Source: Narcine bancroftii
Taxonomy: Eukaryota
DNA length: 64,000 bases
Assembly (NCBI RefSeq): GCF_036971445.1
Contig: NC_091477.1
Location: 122,698,001-122,762,000, forward strand
Reading direction: 5' to 3'
This document shows, one piece after another, positions 50,225-63,329 of this stretch (positions are counted from its first letter, which is position 1; each line of letters opens with the position of its first letter). The position numbers were made by a program, and so were the translations under genes. The notes under the pieces are model-generated. The model was given only the letters and a program-made list of their open reading frames with translations, was not told the origin of the DNA and ran no database searches.

Positions 50225-51480
50225 GTGAAAAAACACAAACGCTGGAGAAACTCAGCAGGTCAAACAGTGCCTTTATGTAGCAAATGTGAAGATACATCAC
50301 CAACGTTTTGGGCTTGAGCCCTTCATCAAGGTGTGGGGGAACACAGATGTCCGAACAAAAAGGGGAGAAGGGTGGTGAAGGTGGGAGATGATAAGTGGAG
50401 GGGGGGGGGGGGGGGGGGCAGGTGGAAAACTGCAGGAAGGGGGAGGAGTCTAGGCTTGGTGGAGAGAGAAAGGAAGCAAGAACTGGAATTAATTAAGTGA
50501 GTGGGGGGGAGGGAAAGGGAAGCTGATTAGTGAAATTCAGTGAACTCAATGTTCATGCCCTGGGGTTGGAGGGTACCCAGACAAAAAATGAGGTGTTGTT
50601 CCTCCAATCTGTGGGTGGTCAGAGTGGGGTCGTGTGAAAGGCCAAGGAGACGTACGAGCCGGAGAGTGTGACTCAGAATTGAAATGGTTGGCTACGAGGA
50701 GGTCGCTTTTGTTGTGGACGGAGAGGAGGTGCTGGGCGAAGCAATCTCCTAAACTGCAACTGGTCTCTCCGATGTAGAGAAGACCACAGAGGGTGCACCG
50801 GATGCAGTAAATGAGTTCTTTGGAGGTACAGGTGAAGGGTAACTTCACCTGAATAGTCTGTTTGGGACCTCAGACTGTGGTGAGGGAGGAGGTGCGGGTG
50901 CAGGTATTACAACTCCTATGACCACAGTGGAAGGTGCCGGGGGGGGCAATGGGTGGGGAGGGAAGAGTGCACAAGGGAGTCACGGAAGGAGTGGTCCCTA
51001 TGGAAGGCTGAGAGGGGAGGAGAAGGAAAAATGTGTCTGGTGGTAGAGTCCTGTAGTAAGTGCCGGAAATTCTGTCGGATGATGTGTTGGATGTAGAGGC
51101 TGCGGGGTGGTAGGTGAGGACGAGGAGGATTCTGTGTTTATTGTTTCTGGGGGCTGGGGGGTGGCTAGGGCAGATGAGCGGTGAATGGAGGAGATGCGGG
51201 TGAGGACCGAGTTAATAGTGGTGGAGGGGAAGCCACGTTTGTGGAAGAAGGCAGACATTTCAGAGGCGCATCTTGGGAGCAGATCCGGCGGAGATGTTGA
51301 AATTGAGAGAAGGGGATGGAGTCCTTGCAGGGGACGGGGTGTGAGGACATGTAGTCAAAGTAGCTGTGGGAGTTAGAAGGTTTGTAATGAATGTCAGTGG
51401 AGAGTCCGTCTCCTGAGATGTAGACAGAGAGATCCAGTAAAGGGAGAGTGGTATCAGAGATGGACTAGGAAAGTCTGCAG
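50225..51480 (-). mobile_element. Penelope-like element (RT C-terminus and GIY-YIG endonuclease)
   Basis: SSHPVPCKDSIPFSQF..LRRICS and LIYCIRCTLCGLLYIGET...VANHFNS. Confidence 0.9.
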
Positions 51481-51484
51481 ACAT

Positions 51485-51915
51485 TGTGATTGCTCCTCTT
51501 GCACCCACCTCCTCCTTCACCATTATTTGGGGCTCCAAACAGTCCACCCAAGTGAATCCGCAGGGGTTATCTACTGCATCCGATGCTTCCCGCTCTGGTC
51601 TCCTCATCATTGGAGCTTGGTTGAGTACCTGTGCACTGTCTGCTGCCACATCAGGGACCTCCCAGTGGCCAACTGTTTCAATTCCACACTGACATACCTG
51701 TCCGTGCCCTCAGGCACTGCCACAAATTAGAGGAACTACACCTAATTTTCCGCCTGGGCACTCTCCAACCAGATGGTATTAACATTGACGATCACTCTCT
51801 CTCTCTTTCCCCATCTCTTTTCCACCAGCTCCCCTGCCTCATCCCTCTCCATTCAGAGAGCTCTCCCCCATCACCTCAGCTTCTCTCTCTTCTGCCCTCC
51901 CATCCATATCCACAC
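51485..51915 (+). mobile_element. Inverted Penelope GIY-YIG fragment
   Basis: VIYCIRC..., DLPVANCFNS and LEELHLIFRLGTLQPDGINID. Confidence 0.8.
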
Positions 51916-52924
51916 AGGTGGTGGGAATCTGGCTCATGGGAACCAGGATTCGAGAGGGTGCTGAGAGCCAGAAGGGCTCCAGGTGCTAAAGATTTCCTGA
52001 TCGTGTCAGAGGTTTGGATCTAGAGCTCGGGTTGCCGATGGATCGAACAGGAATCTGAATCCACACTCTGAAGGGACTCTTGTTTGCTTACTGAAAGGGG
52101 TGCCGGGCATTACTAATGACAACTGTTAGTCAGAAGGCAATTTCATGTAATATTACATTTTCTGTTTTATTACACGACGATAAAAGAACCTTAAATCTTC
52201 AATCAGCACCATCCCCATTCAAACGTTTAAGTATTTATTTCGCTCCTGGTCTATGTGGAAACACCCCCTAATTGGAGAAAGGTGATGCCCTGCAGTATAC
52301 CTCTGGAACACAACACCTGCCCTCTGTGACTTACAGTGACATTGTATCCTGAACTACAGACTACACTGAAGTAAGTTCATTGCCCTTTCACTGTATCTTG
52401 GTAGGAGGCTAAACAACAAGTTCAACTTTTGGAAGCAGCTCAACAATTCACTGCGTAAAACGATTCTTCATCAGCCTCTGCTTCTCCTTGGATGCTTCCT
52501 TCAATCTGTATCTATTGGCTCTGATCGTCCTGCTACTGAGACACTTCCCCTATTGAAGCTCCTCAGTTCTGAACCATCTGAAACCCTAAACTCCTCTGCT
52601 CTAGTGAGAGCCATCCTCCTTCTCTAGTCTCCAACTGTGAGATCTTTCATTCCCAGGACACTCGGCTAAATCTCCTCTGCATCCTCAATGTTTTAAGAAC
52701 CTTCCAAACATGGAGCCTAATCCTTCAGCTGGGGTCTAACCAGTGATATATAAAAGTTTAGCATGTTGGGTTTCCCTTGGATAGACTGTCCCATCGAACC
52801 CCCTGTTGCTATTCACCTTATTGAGGAACCACCAGTGTGCTATTTGAGACCATGCAGAAACAGACTGGCTACAAACAGGAGAACCGAGAGTTAAGCCGAG
52901 CTGAAACAGAGGGAACAATCTTAC

Positions 52925-53017
52925 CTCCTTGGGATAGGGGATGTATCCAGCGTAAGCCAACACAAATGTACAGAACTGGTTGAAGTCCTCCACGGTTCTT
53001 TGCCTCTTCTTTGGTGG
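52925..53017 (-). CDS. PHF23: PHD finger protein 23, exon 3
   Basis: [31 protein letters not shown], the PHF13/PHF23 N-terminal conserved block. Acceptor TTATTTTTAG| and donor |GTAAGA. Length 93 nt, phase 0-0. Confidence 0.93.
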
Positions 53018-53219
53018 CTAAAAATAAGAGTGATGTTTCAGAGGCGAGACAAACCCATTTGGTCAACTGACCCAACTGTAAAGGTCGATCTCAATGATCG
53101 CAGAGTCCTGCTTATGCCCCCATCTCTATGTTAGTGTGCCCACATGTTCAACAAGCTCCTGTCACCCTCCATTTTCTAACTTCCCCATTTTCTCCAGCCC
53201 TGTCTGTTAAGTTCCTAAG

Positions 53220-53760
53220 ACATAAGAGCAGAAATGGGCCATTCAGCCCATCAAGTCTGACCCACCATTTAATCATGAGCCGATCCATTTCCCCACTTAG
53301 CCCCAATGCCCAGCCTTCCCTTAACCTTTGATGCCCTGGTTAATCAAGAACCATCAATCTTTGCCTTAAACACCCCCAATGACCCGGCCTCCACAAGCAC
53401 CTATGGCAACAAATTCCACAGATTCACCCCCCTCTGGCTGAAGAAGTTCCTCCACATCTCTGTTCTAATTGGTGCCCTTCAATCCTGAAGTTGTGTCCTC
53501 TTGTCCTAGATTCTCCCACCAAGGGAAACAACCTTTTTACATCTACTCCACCCACGTCTTTTAACATTCAAAATGTTTCAACGAGATCCCCCCATATTCT
53601 CATAAATTCCAGGACAAGAGCTCTCAAAAACTCCTCATATGATAATCCTTTCATTCCCAGTATCATCCAAATGAACCTCCTCTGAAACCTCTCCAATGTC
53701 AGCTCATCACTTCTTAAATAAAGAGCCCAAAACTGCTCACAACTCTCCAAGGTTTCACCA
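53220..53760 (-). mobile_element. CR1 LINE 3' fragment
   Basis: LESCEQFWALYLR...LERFQRRFIWMILGMKGLSYEE. Confidence 0.8.
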
Positions 53761-55559
53761 GTGTATAAAGCTTCAACATCACATCTGACCGTGCACAGGG
53801 ATCCTGGTTTAGATGCCATCTATGCACAGAAAGTAAAGATTATCGAGGGGAATACATGGGGTGAGAGAAGAGAGAATCCAAAGCCAGATGCTCAACATGG
53901 AGATGGTCGCTGTGAATCTTCGGAATGCTCTATCAAGAAAACCATAGCTGGGTGTGTTCAAGATGGCGATCAACAGATCAGTGGGTGTGAGGGCTGCAGT
54001 AATAGAATAGGGAGAGGAGTGATGGACCATCACATCCACTGACGATTGAAGACCCCAGGACACTCACAGCCAACTTCTGCTATCCTCAGCCACCCTGCAT
54101 TTCAACAACCAGCTACAAGGGGAATGGGGAGGGACCAAAGACCAATGACATTTGTAGAACAGGTCTGGGGAGTCCATTCAGCCACTCAAAACCATAATAG
54201 AGGCCCTGCACAATTCAGCTTTACCTTTAATAGCACAGTAACAGGCCCTTCTAGCCTACGAGCTCGTGCCACCCAAATACACCCATGGAACCAATTAACC
54301 TACTGACCGCCTTACATCTTTGAAATGTGGAAGGAAACCCATGCAGACATGGGGAAGAACGTACTGAATATCAGCCTTACAGACAGTAGCAGCTAACTGC
54401 TACACTAACCATGCCATCCCAAATATCTTTAACCTCTCACTGCCAGGGCTAAGGAACGCAGCCCTGGCACCTCCTTGTCACCGTTTTTGGTGAGGTCCTG
54501 CACGTGAAAAATTAGCTTAGTACCCCTGCTCGCTTCAACGGATTGCAGTGTCCACTGGGGCTGTACAAACATTAGAGTGGATGAGCCCTCTCACTGCACC
54601 AAGAATAACATGACACAGAACTTGAAATCCCACAACTGAACTGTACTTCAACTTAATTTTCCCCCTGCTCAAGGTAAGAAGAGGGATATAGTAACAGAAA
54701 GCAATGTTGGATGGGCAGGTTTCCTCAGACACTGCACACTTTATTCAGTTAACTTCCCCAATTCCAGGAAGTGGCACCTTGTTTTGGGCAATCACACCTA
54801 AGGTCAACATACCGATGTGGCAAATCTGCCCAAAGCCATCTCCAAATGCCAATGCCATGAGATCCCACATCAACCCACAATACATCAGATGTGGACTGAC
54901 TAGACCTTATGGAGTCTTATTCAGGGAAACATCAGCCATGATGAGGGGACTCCATCTAAAATGCCCACCACCACCTCTTCCCTTCCACAGACTGAGTTCC
55001 TCCAATCCCAGATTCCAGCATCTGCAGTCTCATGCTTCTCCAATCCTATGATAACAATTTGCTGACATGAAGCAGAACTGAGATCACATAACATCCACAA
55101 GCAGGAACTCATCCAAGATCAATGCACGTGGGATAAAACTGAGGGTAGAGTAGGGTGGTAGATATCATAGCCATCTGGTCCCATTGAAAGCGGTGCCAAG
55201 GAGTCAAATAGCCTTGTGATCCCATGTCACAACCTTGCCTGTACCCCCCAAACATCATCTCTGGATGTTTGCTTAACATTTAGCTAAGTCAGTTATACAA
55301 CACAAGAACAGGTCCTTCAGCCCATCTACATATTAATCCCATATACTGTCTGCCTCCATCACCACCCGCTACACCCATGTGACAAGATTATCCCTCAAAA
55401 ATTATGCCTTCTGGTTTTGAGATCGCTACCCCTCGAATCACACCACCATCTTTCAGCCCTCTTTGATCCTCCTAAAAACTCAAGCCTCCATTCCAAACAT
55501 TGTGGTCAGTGAACCATGCACAATACTCCCAGGGTTGAGGACAACTGCAGTGGATTGTT

Positions 55560-56450
55560 ACAGGCCTCTAAGAAACCCATGGAGTCTCAGTGACAAAACG
55601 TTGAGATGGTCTTCCTGGAAGATGATGGAGACTGGCCAGTATAGTTCCTTTGTTTCAGAAGACAAAGCACTCAATCTGATGTGAGCTGAAGGGAAATTAT
55701 GGAAGAACATTTTTCGGGGCATGGGATGATAAGCAGGTTTGCAGACAAGGCAAACATCGGTGGAGTTGTGGACAGCAGGGAAGGTTATCAAAGAAAACAA
55801 GAAATGTCTATCGTTGGAAATTTGGGGGAAGAATCAGGAGAAGGAGCTCAACCTGGATAAGTTTGAGGTTTTTCCTTTTTTGAAGGTCATATACATAGGT
55901 GCTCTGTGATTAGCAATGGATTACTTAAGGTGGTATGTGAATGGGAGAGCGGGGGAAGGTTGAGAACTACTGCAGTAGATGGGAGGATCTATAGGAGTAT
56001 TCAGGTACAGAGAGAACTTGGCAATCAAGTACATAGTTCCCTAAAAGTAGACAGATTGATGAAGATGATGGATAGCATGTCTGCGATCAAGGCATCAGGT
56101 AATCACATTGCAGCTGTGTTAGGGCCACATTTGGAATATTGTGTTCAGCTCTGGTTGCCTCACAGACAAAATGTGGATGCTTAGGAGAGGGAGAAGAATG
56201 TGGCCTGGATTGGAGGGAATCAGGATGAAGGATAGGATGGACAAATATAGGCTGTTTTCTTTGGAAAATCAGAGGTGAGGAACTGAAACAAGTTTATAAA
56301 GTTATGAGAGGTATCACAAGGTGGAAATGATAAACTTTAAGTGCATAGGTTTAGAAGAGGTGAGGTAGGTTTAAAGAAGATCTGGTTTGTTGACACAAAA
56401 TGTGGTATGTACTTGGTACAGGAGAACAGGTAGAAGCAGACACAACAGCT
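55560..56450 (+). mobile_element. Decayed CR1 RT fragment interrupted by a MITE piece
   Basis: FADKANIGGVVDS, LGNQVHSSLKV and GPHLEYCVQLWLPH. Confidence 0.7.
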
Positions 56451-57415
56451 CAAGTGTTGCAGATATGGCTCAACAAATTGCCCCTGTCCAATGTGGAATT
56501 ATTGATTTGAGGACTTTAGAAACAAACCCATCATCCAGTCACTGCAACAAATCACTAGCCATCAATATACAATTAAACCCTCCATTCTGAGAATGGTCAG
56601 AGCATCTGCTGGAAGTTAATTATTGGTGTTATACAGGCATTGTACAATCTTAATTAACCATGAGAGAATTGAAATGTCAGGCATTCAGACAAATAGAAAT
56701 ACTGGGCCAAGTACAGAAGACTTTGGTGGGATGTTGGATAAACAGACAAGATGCCAGTTCGCTATTCCACTCAACCTGATGTTCACAACCTTTCTCTTTA
56801 CATTCAGTAAGGATCCCTCATTAATCACAGGGCATCTCTGGCATCGATGCTCTGTGGTTCATCAGAGATTAGTTAAGGTAGTATGAGAGTGAAAAAAAGG
56901 TTGAGAACCACCATTCAAAACCCACCAATGAATCTACTGCAATATTATCCTGAAGCCATTGGGTAGGGAACGCACAAGGTGCAGAGGAAAATAAAGATCT
57001 TTGATCACATTTCTACAGCCTGAAAGGAGAAAACTGACGAGCAGTGGTGTAGGCAGATGGAGGGCACATGTCCTTGTGGGATGACAGCACAGTTTTGGTC
57101 ACCACATGAATTCGAAGTGCAGTAACTCTTGGTTAGGAATTTACTGGCATGATGGCAGAGCGGGAGACCTCAGTTCTGAGAAGAGGATCACGAGTAAAAC
57201 AGAAAACTACAAACAGGAGAATAAGACACCCAGTCATGGCTGCCGTGGGCACATGGGACTGAAGCCATTGTTTTACAGATGTCTGAACGTCCGATGCCAA
57301 TCACACTGCTCCTTCCATAATATCTCAGGCCAAAACAATCCTCAGTTTAATTTGTTCTTCACAAAGTAGGAACACGCCCTTAATTTATCCACCTGAATTA
57401 ACACAGATCCAATTC

Positions 57416-57884
57416 CATCACTGTACCTCAGCATAATAGTGACAGACCCGTCCCCACCAGTACTGTACCCCAGCATTATACAGTGACAGACCCATCCCCA
57501 CCAGTACTGTACCCCGGCATTATACAGTGACAGACGTGTCCCCACCAGTACTGTACCCCAGTGTTACACAGTGACAGACCCATTTCCACCAGTAATGTAC
57601 CCCAGTGTTACACAGTGACAGACCCGTTTCCACCAGTAATGTACCCCAGTGTTACACAGTGACAGACCCGTTTCCACCAATAATGTACCCCAGTGTTACA
57701 CAGTGACAGACCCGTCCCCACCAGCAGTGTACCCCGGTATTACACAGTACCGGACATGTCCCCACCAGTACTGTACCCCAGTGTTACACAGTGACAAGAC
57801 ACATCCCCACCAATAGAGTGACAGACCCGTCCCCACCAGTTCTCTACCTCAGTGTTATACAGCGATAGACCCGTCCCCACCAGC
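57416..57884. repeat. 44-bp minisatellite, about 10 copies
   Basis: Unit CAGTGACAGACCCGTCCCCACCAGTACTGTACCCCAGTGTTACA. Confidence 0.93.
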
Positions 57885-59896
57885 ATTTGGACATTGAGAA
57901 GATGTTTCTTCAATAGCTGAGTCTTTAGGAATAAATTACTAATTTTATTTAATCTTCCATATATGTAGTTTGATCATCTGTGGATTTCAAGTTTGCACTG
58001 GGTTCAACTCTGAGACTCATCACTGGTTTTTATGGATTTGGGGAATGCTTGAGGTGAATTAAGTATCTTCCCAGTTTCTGGTGAACGAGGGAATGCCACG
58101 ATGCTGGAAGGACTGAGTGGACTTAGAACAGGTCTGTGACACATTGATTAATATGATCTTATCACTGTGGAATCTGGCTGGCAATGTCTGCATTTTTTAA
58201 ACAGATGATGATGAAACCCAGATAGGCCAAGATTATGAATGAACCAAGCTTTTCAATTCTGTTCTGAACTAGCCACTGTGTGGAAAAGCACAAACTGCAA
58301 ATGCTGGAACCCTGAGTGACAAAGGGTCATGGATAAAGAAGGGTCCCAACCCGAAACCTTGACGGACCCTCCCTCTCCGTGGATGCTGTCTGACAAATGT
58401 GCATCCACCCCACACTGTCCCCAACAATATTGGAAACAATGACAACTTGTTCCTAGGTGGTACTTTCTACAGTAGGACGCCCCAAAGTATTTCCCGACCC
58501 CACTGTGGCCCCCAGGAGACATGGTGACAGTTGGAAGCCATATGGGCTCAGCAGCAGATGAAGCCAAGGGTGCAGACCCGGGCTGGGCCAGCGAGCGATC
58601 GCAACCCAACACATTGCAGCCAAACGCTGGAACCACCGACCAATGCGGGGCATGGAAAATGCAGAACGTCCGTCCCAAATCACTGGCAGTGCCCGCCTCA
58701 CCCACCGCCTCAGGGGGACCCTCCGCACCCAGCAGCCGCTGGACCACCCCCGCAAGACCATGGCGAGCCTGTCCCAATTGCAACACGGTCGTTGCTGTAC
58801 CTACAGCCCTGCAACCGGCGGGGGGGGGGGCGAATTCTTCGCAACAAGCGAGGCGGCGGCGGGGAGGGAGGCTGAGGAAACCGGGAGTCCCAGGCACAGG
58901 GAGGCGGGGAAACAAAAGAGGGAGACGGCAGCGAGCAATGGCGAAGCGAGCCCGCTCTCGCTATCCGCCGACAGGGGAGGGGAGGGGAAAGCGACGTCCG
59001 CGGGCGCCGACGGCTTGGAGCCAGCGCCCGCTCCCCAGCGACCCGCTGCAGACTGGCAGCAGCGACGCAGCTCCCCGGGCGCCGGGCCGGCCACATGAAC
59101 CCGTCTCCCCCGGCGGTGCACCCTCTGCATTGGCCGCCTTCCGGGAGTTTCCGCACCCCCGATTTACTGAGAGATCAGCCCCAAAACACCGTTCCAACTT
59201 CGGACTTTAGCCCGAGCTGTGAGAGCGAACGCTCAAGGGGAGGATTTGCAGCATCAGGGCCGGAATGACAGAGTGGCCGCCCAGCCCGGGACAGACAAGC
59301 ACACGGACCCTGCCGTAGGTCGGGGGAAGGTTCCATCCCAGGCCTGGGGCAGGGCAATCCGGAGACACAATGGGATCATGCGGGCGAGCGATGCCGGAAT
59401 GCAGGGCAGAGGGGTCCTGCTTCCTCCGGGGAGGTGGGTACGGGACACCCAACGGGCCCTCCCCCCTCCACCCCGCTCAGGGCAAGGGCGGGCTGACCAA
59501 GCCTCGCCGCCGGACTTCGGCCACTCTTTTGTCTGAATTCCCACTCACTTTTTTTTTCTTGACACCCACCAGCAAGATGGCGACGCCAGAGCTTGTACTC
59601 GCCCCCCCCCCCTCACCCACCCCACCCAGTCCTTCAGCAGCCCGCTCCCGCAACAGGACAAGACGAGGGGCTCTGCTGAAGAGCAGGGCGTAGGACCACG
59701 GACCAGCCCCCACCCGACCTGTCACCCATTTGCCCACCTGCACTCACCCCCCCCCCCTTCTCCAGGAAACATCCCTAGTCTGGAGAACCCGTGCGGCCAC
59801 CCCACCGGGCTGCTTCTCTCGAACTCAAGGGCTACCGCAAGACAGCAGTATCACAGCAAGGGAGAGGTGAACGATCCTGCAGTTCCAGCAACTCAC

Positions 59897-59928
59897 CTCC
59901 GACATCACCGCTGCTCCCGAGGCTGGCT
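59897..59928 (-). CDS. PHF23: PHD finger protein 23, exon 2 (32 nt)
   Basis: CCTCTCTTACAG|AGCCAGCCTCGGGAGCAGCGGTGATGTCGGAG|GTGAGT, encoding (E)PASGAAVMSE. Phase 1-0 links exons 1 and 3. Confidence 0.8.
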
Positions 59929-60550
59929 CTGTAAGAGAGGAATTGGAGCAGATGAATTCAATCGAAGGGCACACACCGTCTCCCCCCATGCGAGTTGCGG
60001 AAGGACAGCGTCGAAGAGTAGTAAAAACAACACAACGTTGGAGAAAGTCGGGTCAAACAGTGACCGAGATAAAGAGACACGAGCAACGTTTTGGGGAGAC
60101 CTTTTTCCATCCCTTGAAGCCCGAAACGTTGGTTCGGTGTCTTTGATCTATCAAGTGCCCGAGTTTCTGCAGCATTTTGTTTGGACTTCAGCCACGGTGT
60201 CTGCAGACTTGGTCCGAGAGGTGCAGACTGGGCTTTACCACCTCGAAGTAGAAACACAATACTGGGGAAACTCAGCAAGTCCAACAGCCTCTTTGTCGGA
60301 GCAAAGATACTTTAACCCACAATCCAGAACTTGAGAGCCTCAAAAGTCCTGCTGGAGTCTCAAAGTCAGCCTGGCCCCGCTCACCACGCGTTCCTGCCAT
60401 GAAACGGTGCCAGCAGCGGGGCGGGGGGGGAGAGAGGGGAGGGGGGAAGAGAGGAGGGGGGGGGGGGGAGAGAGAGGGGGGCGGCCGGGACGCGCCCAGT
60501 CCCGCACTCGCTCCATTCCCCTGCGACCAAGAGTCAGCGCCGCCGCTCAC

Positions 60551-60584
60551 CTGCACTGACGCGGCGGCCGATCGGAGATGTCAT
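60551..60584 (-). CDS. PHF23: PHD finger protein 23, exon 1 coding part (34 nt)
   Basis: GGC ATG ACA TCT CCG ATC GGC CGC CGC GTC AGT GCA G|GTGAGC. Total CDS 34+32+93+685+227=1071 nt, 356 aa. Confidence 0.8.
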
Positions 60585-60744
60585 GCCTGCGCGGCCGGGC
60601 CGAGAGTGACGGTGACCAAGGGCGGGCGAGGGGTGGGGGGTGGGGAGAGGGTGGGAGGGGGGGTGGGGGTGGGGAGGGGGAACAGCCCTGCACGCTCCGG
60701 ACCAGCAGCAACACCCGGATCCGAGCCTCCGCCAAACTCACCAG

Positions 60745-60835
60745 CCAGTTCCGCCCCTCAACGACGTCACCCGCCCCATGACGTCATCCGGCCCCGCCAC
60801 CGCCCACGAAGGAGGGTGGTCAATGACCAATAGAG
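60745..60835 (-). promoter_or_regulatory. PHF23 proximal promoter: CRE/ATF sites, GC boxes, CCAAT
   Basis: Perfect TGACGTCA at 60779-60786, CGACGTCA at about 60762-60769, several CCGCCC boxes, CCAAT at 60827-60831; about 200 bp upstream of the ATG. Confidence 0.7.
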
Positions 60836-61373
60836 GGGGAAACAGCCCTAGAAATAGCTCCAAACCACAACATTTCACTAAAAAGTAATTGTCAACAATT
60901 AATATTTAGGTTTGGAGGGAAAGAGAATGTTAGAACTGATTTAAAATGAAATACATTTTCTGAGTCTTCGAGGCTCCCCCTGTCGGTGGTGGATGGGTCA
61001 GTGGGAGTTGGTACAATCCATGCTGACGTACGCAGCCTCGTTTCCAGCTGCCACCTATAAGTAGTCGGTGCCACAGCGCACCCCTCAGTCCGAACCGGGC
61101 CCTCGGCAGCTGAGCGACGTCGCTGGCTGTGTTCCATTGGATCTCTGCGGAGTCGGAAGAGCGGGGGCTTCTGCGACGAGTCGGGAGGAGGCGCGAGCCC
61201 GGCCTCGGTCTGACGGAGTGAGGGACGTGCGATGGCGGGAAATGGGCGCGGGCGGCCCCGGCAGAAGCGGCGGCGTAGTTCTGGCCTCCGCACCGTGATT
61301 GGGCAGTGGGATCCTCCTGTGCCCCGGGCCCGCGCCGAAGGGCGTTGATGGCTCTGTTGCCACCTTCCGGGAA

Positions 61374-61612
61374 GGCCGTTCTGCCCTTCCACCCTGTGCT
61401 CGCTCCTCGCAAAGCGCCGAGCGGGCCGTTCTGCCCTTCCACCCTGTGCTCGCTCCTCGCAAAGCTCCAAGTAGGCCGTTCTGCCCTTCCACCCTGTGCT
61501 CGCTCCTCGCAAAGCGCCGAGCGGGCCGTTCTGCCCTTCCACCCCGTGCTCGCTCCTCGCAAAGCGCCGAGCGGGCCGTTCTGCCCTTCCGCCCTGTGCT
61601 TGCTCTTTGCAA
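61374..61612. repeat. 50-bp GC-rich minisatellite, about 4.7 copies
   Basis: Unit GGCCGTTCTGCCCTTCCACCCTGTGCTCGCTCCTCGCAAAGCGCCGAGCG starting at 61374, 61424, 61474, 61524 and 61574. Confidence 0.95.
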
Positions 61613-63329
61613 CGCCACCCAAATGTCCATTGGCCAGCGCTATCCAGATGTTCCAAGAATATGTGAAGTTGAAAGGACAGTCCCCGGTTTTAATCAAGAA
61701 CAAAATAACCATTGTAGGAACTCAGCGTTTCGAGAAGCATATGAGGATGGACAGCATTTCTGCTCGAGACCGGATTTAAATGGTTCTCCTATTGACCTTT
61801 TTCAGTCTTTTAATTGAATTCATCAGCATGCTTTTAGTTGCTTCTGGTGTGAGCTGTATTATTTAGCAGCTGTAGCCACTTCCTTGTTCCCCTGCAAAGC
61901 TGCTTCTGGAACTCATTGTGTTTTTGCTGCTCCCAGGTGATCCTTGCTGGAAATGACCTTCTCTCCCAATGGAACACTTGAATTTTTGTACTATATGCTG
62001 CTTTTATCCATTTTTTTAAGCTATAGGGTGTAGCCATAACAAAATGGGACCTGAAGTCTGCTATCCAGCCTGCTCTGCCATACTTCCATGAGATAGATGG
62101 TGGCTGATCTGGCCTCTACTCTGCTCCACTTCCCCTTCCATTAACTTGCAAGAAGTTAACTTGTACAAAACTCGTGCTGTCGATTCATTCAAGACCTAGC
62201 ACACAGGGTTTCTTTTAGTGAGATAAATAAGAGCAGGTGTCGGCCAGTCTCCGTCCTGCTCTGCCATTTGTTTATCCAAAGACGTGCATTCCCTCGGTCC
62301 AGAAATCCTTGGATATAGAATTCCAAAGTGTGTGCTTTACCAGATGCAAGTACTATCCCTTAAGAATCCCCTCCAATAGGTTCCCTGCTACTGATACAAG
62401 TCACTGGCATGTAATTTGCTGGGTTACCCCTTGTGCTCTTTTTAAATGGAGCAACAATAACTTTTCTGGGTTTTTTGTCACCTCTGGTTAGAGAGGATAC
62501 AAAGATCCTGTGATCTTAATGAACTACCTGCCTTAGCCTCATCTTGAAATGCTTGTTGGAAACCGAGAATGGCATGTTCAACCCATTACAAATGTCTCCT
62601 CTGACCCACTCCCCCTTTGTTCTTGTGGATTGGTTCTGTGTCCCTAGGGAGCAGAATTTGTGTGACCAGTGTATCAGTAAGGGTTGCAACGACCCATTAA
62701 TACAATTGGAGTTAGTTTTTCTGTGGACTTGTTTGAAGGATAAATTGCCAGGCCACACAGACTGGACTGTCTGTTTTAATCACTAGATTTTATTTTGCCT
62801 GCTCCCGTTTCCTTTGGCAGTGGCTTTACAAATGGTAACATGATGACTTTCCAACGCAAAATGAAGTACTGGTGGTTTACATTTATCATGATGGGTCACA
62901 GTTTCTAGCTTGCCTTTTAAATGAACACAGATTTATAATACTAGGAGGGTGCACAAATGGCTATGGATCTGTTTGAGTCATGAGAACAGAATGGTGTGGA
63001 TTGAAATGCTATTTGCCATTTACAAAGGTTTCTTATGAGCTGTGGTGAAACACTATTAAATATCAAAGGACTTCAATGTATTTAAGTCCTAAACACGACG
63101 TAATTTGGGGTATAGAATCACAACACAGTACACCACTTGAATGATTGTCTGCTGATCATTTAAAAATGATTTCCCAGCTCAATTACAGGTTCCACCTCCA
63201 CTGTTCTACAGTTCACTGGTTTTCAAACTGAAGATCTAAGTACTTTTTAAATGTGAGTAGGGTTTCTGCTTCCCTTGTACATTCATGTTGCAAGTTCTTG
63301 GCCCTGCCACTCTGAGTAATTTTACTTTT

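Larger units (their letters stand above)
58580..61620. promoter_or_regulatory. CpG island spanning the PHF23 5' end
   Basis: Strongly GC- and CpG-rich relative to the flanks; contains exons 1-2. Confidence 0.85.

Noticed and set aside
58253-59743. Long overlapping GC-rich ORFs, including ATGGCG at about 59577
   Set aside because: Lie in PHF23 intron 2 within the CpG island. CAAGATGGCG is better explained as a YY1 site.
60892-61817. Several 150-260 aa ORFs
   Set aside because: By-products of the GC-rich CpG island and 50-bp repeat; no recognisable domain.
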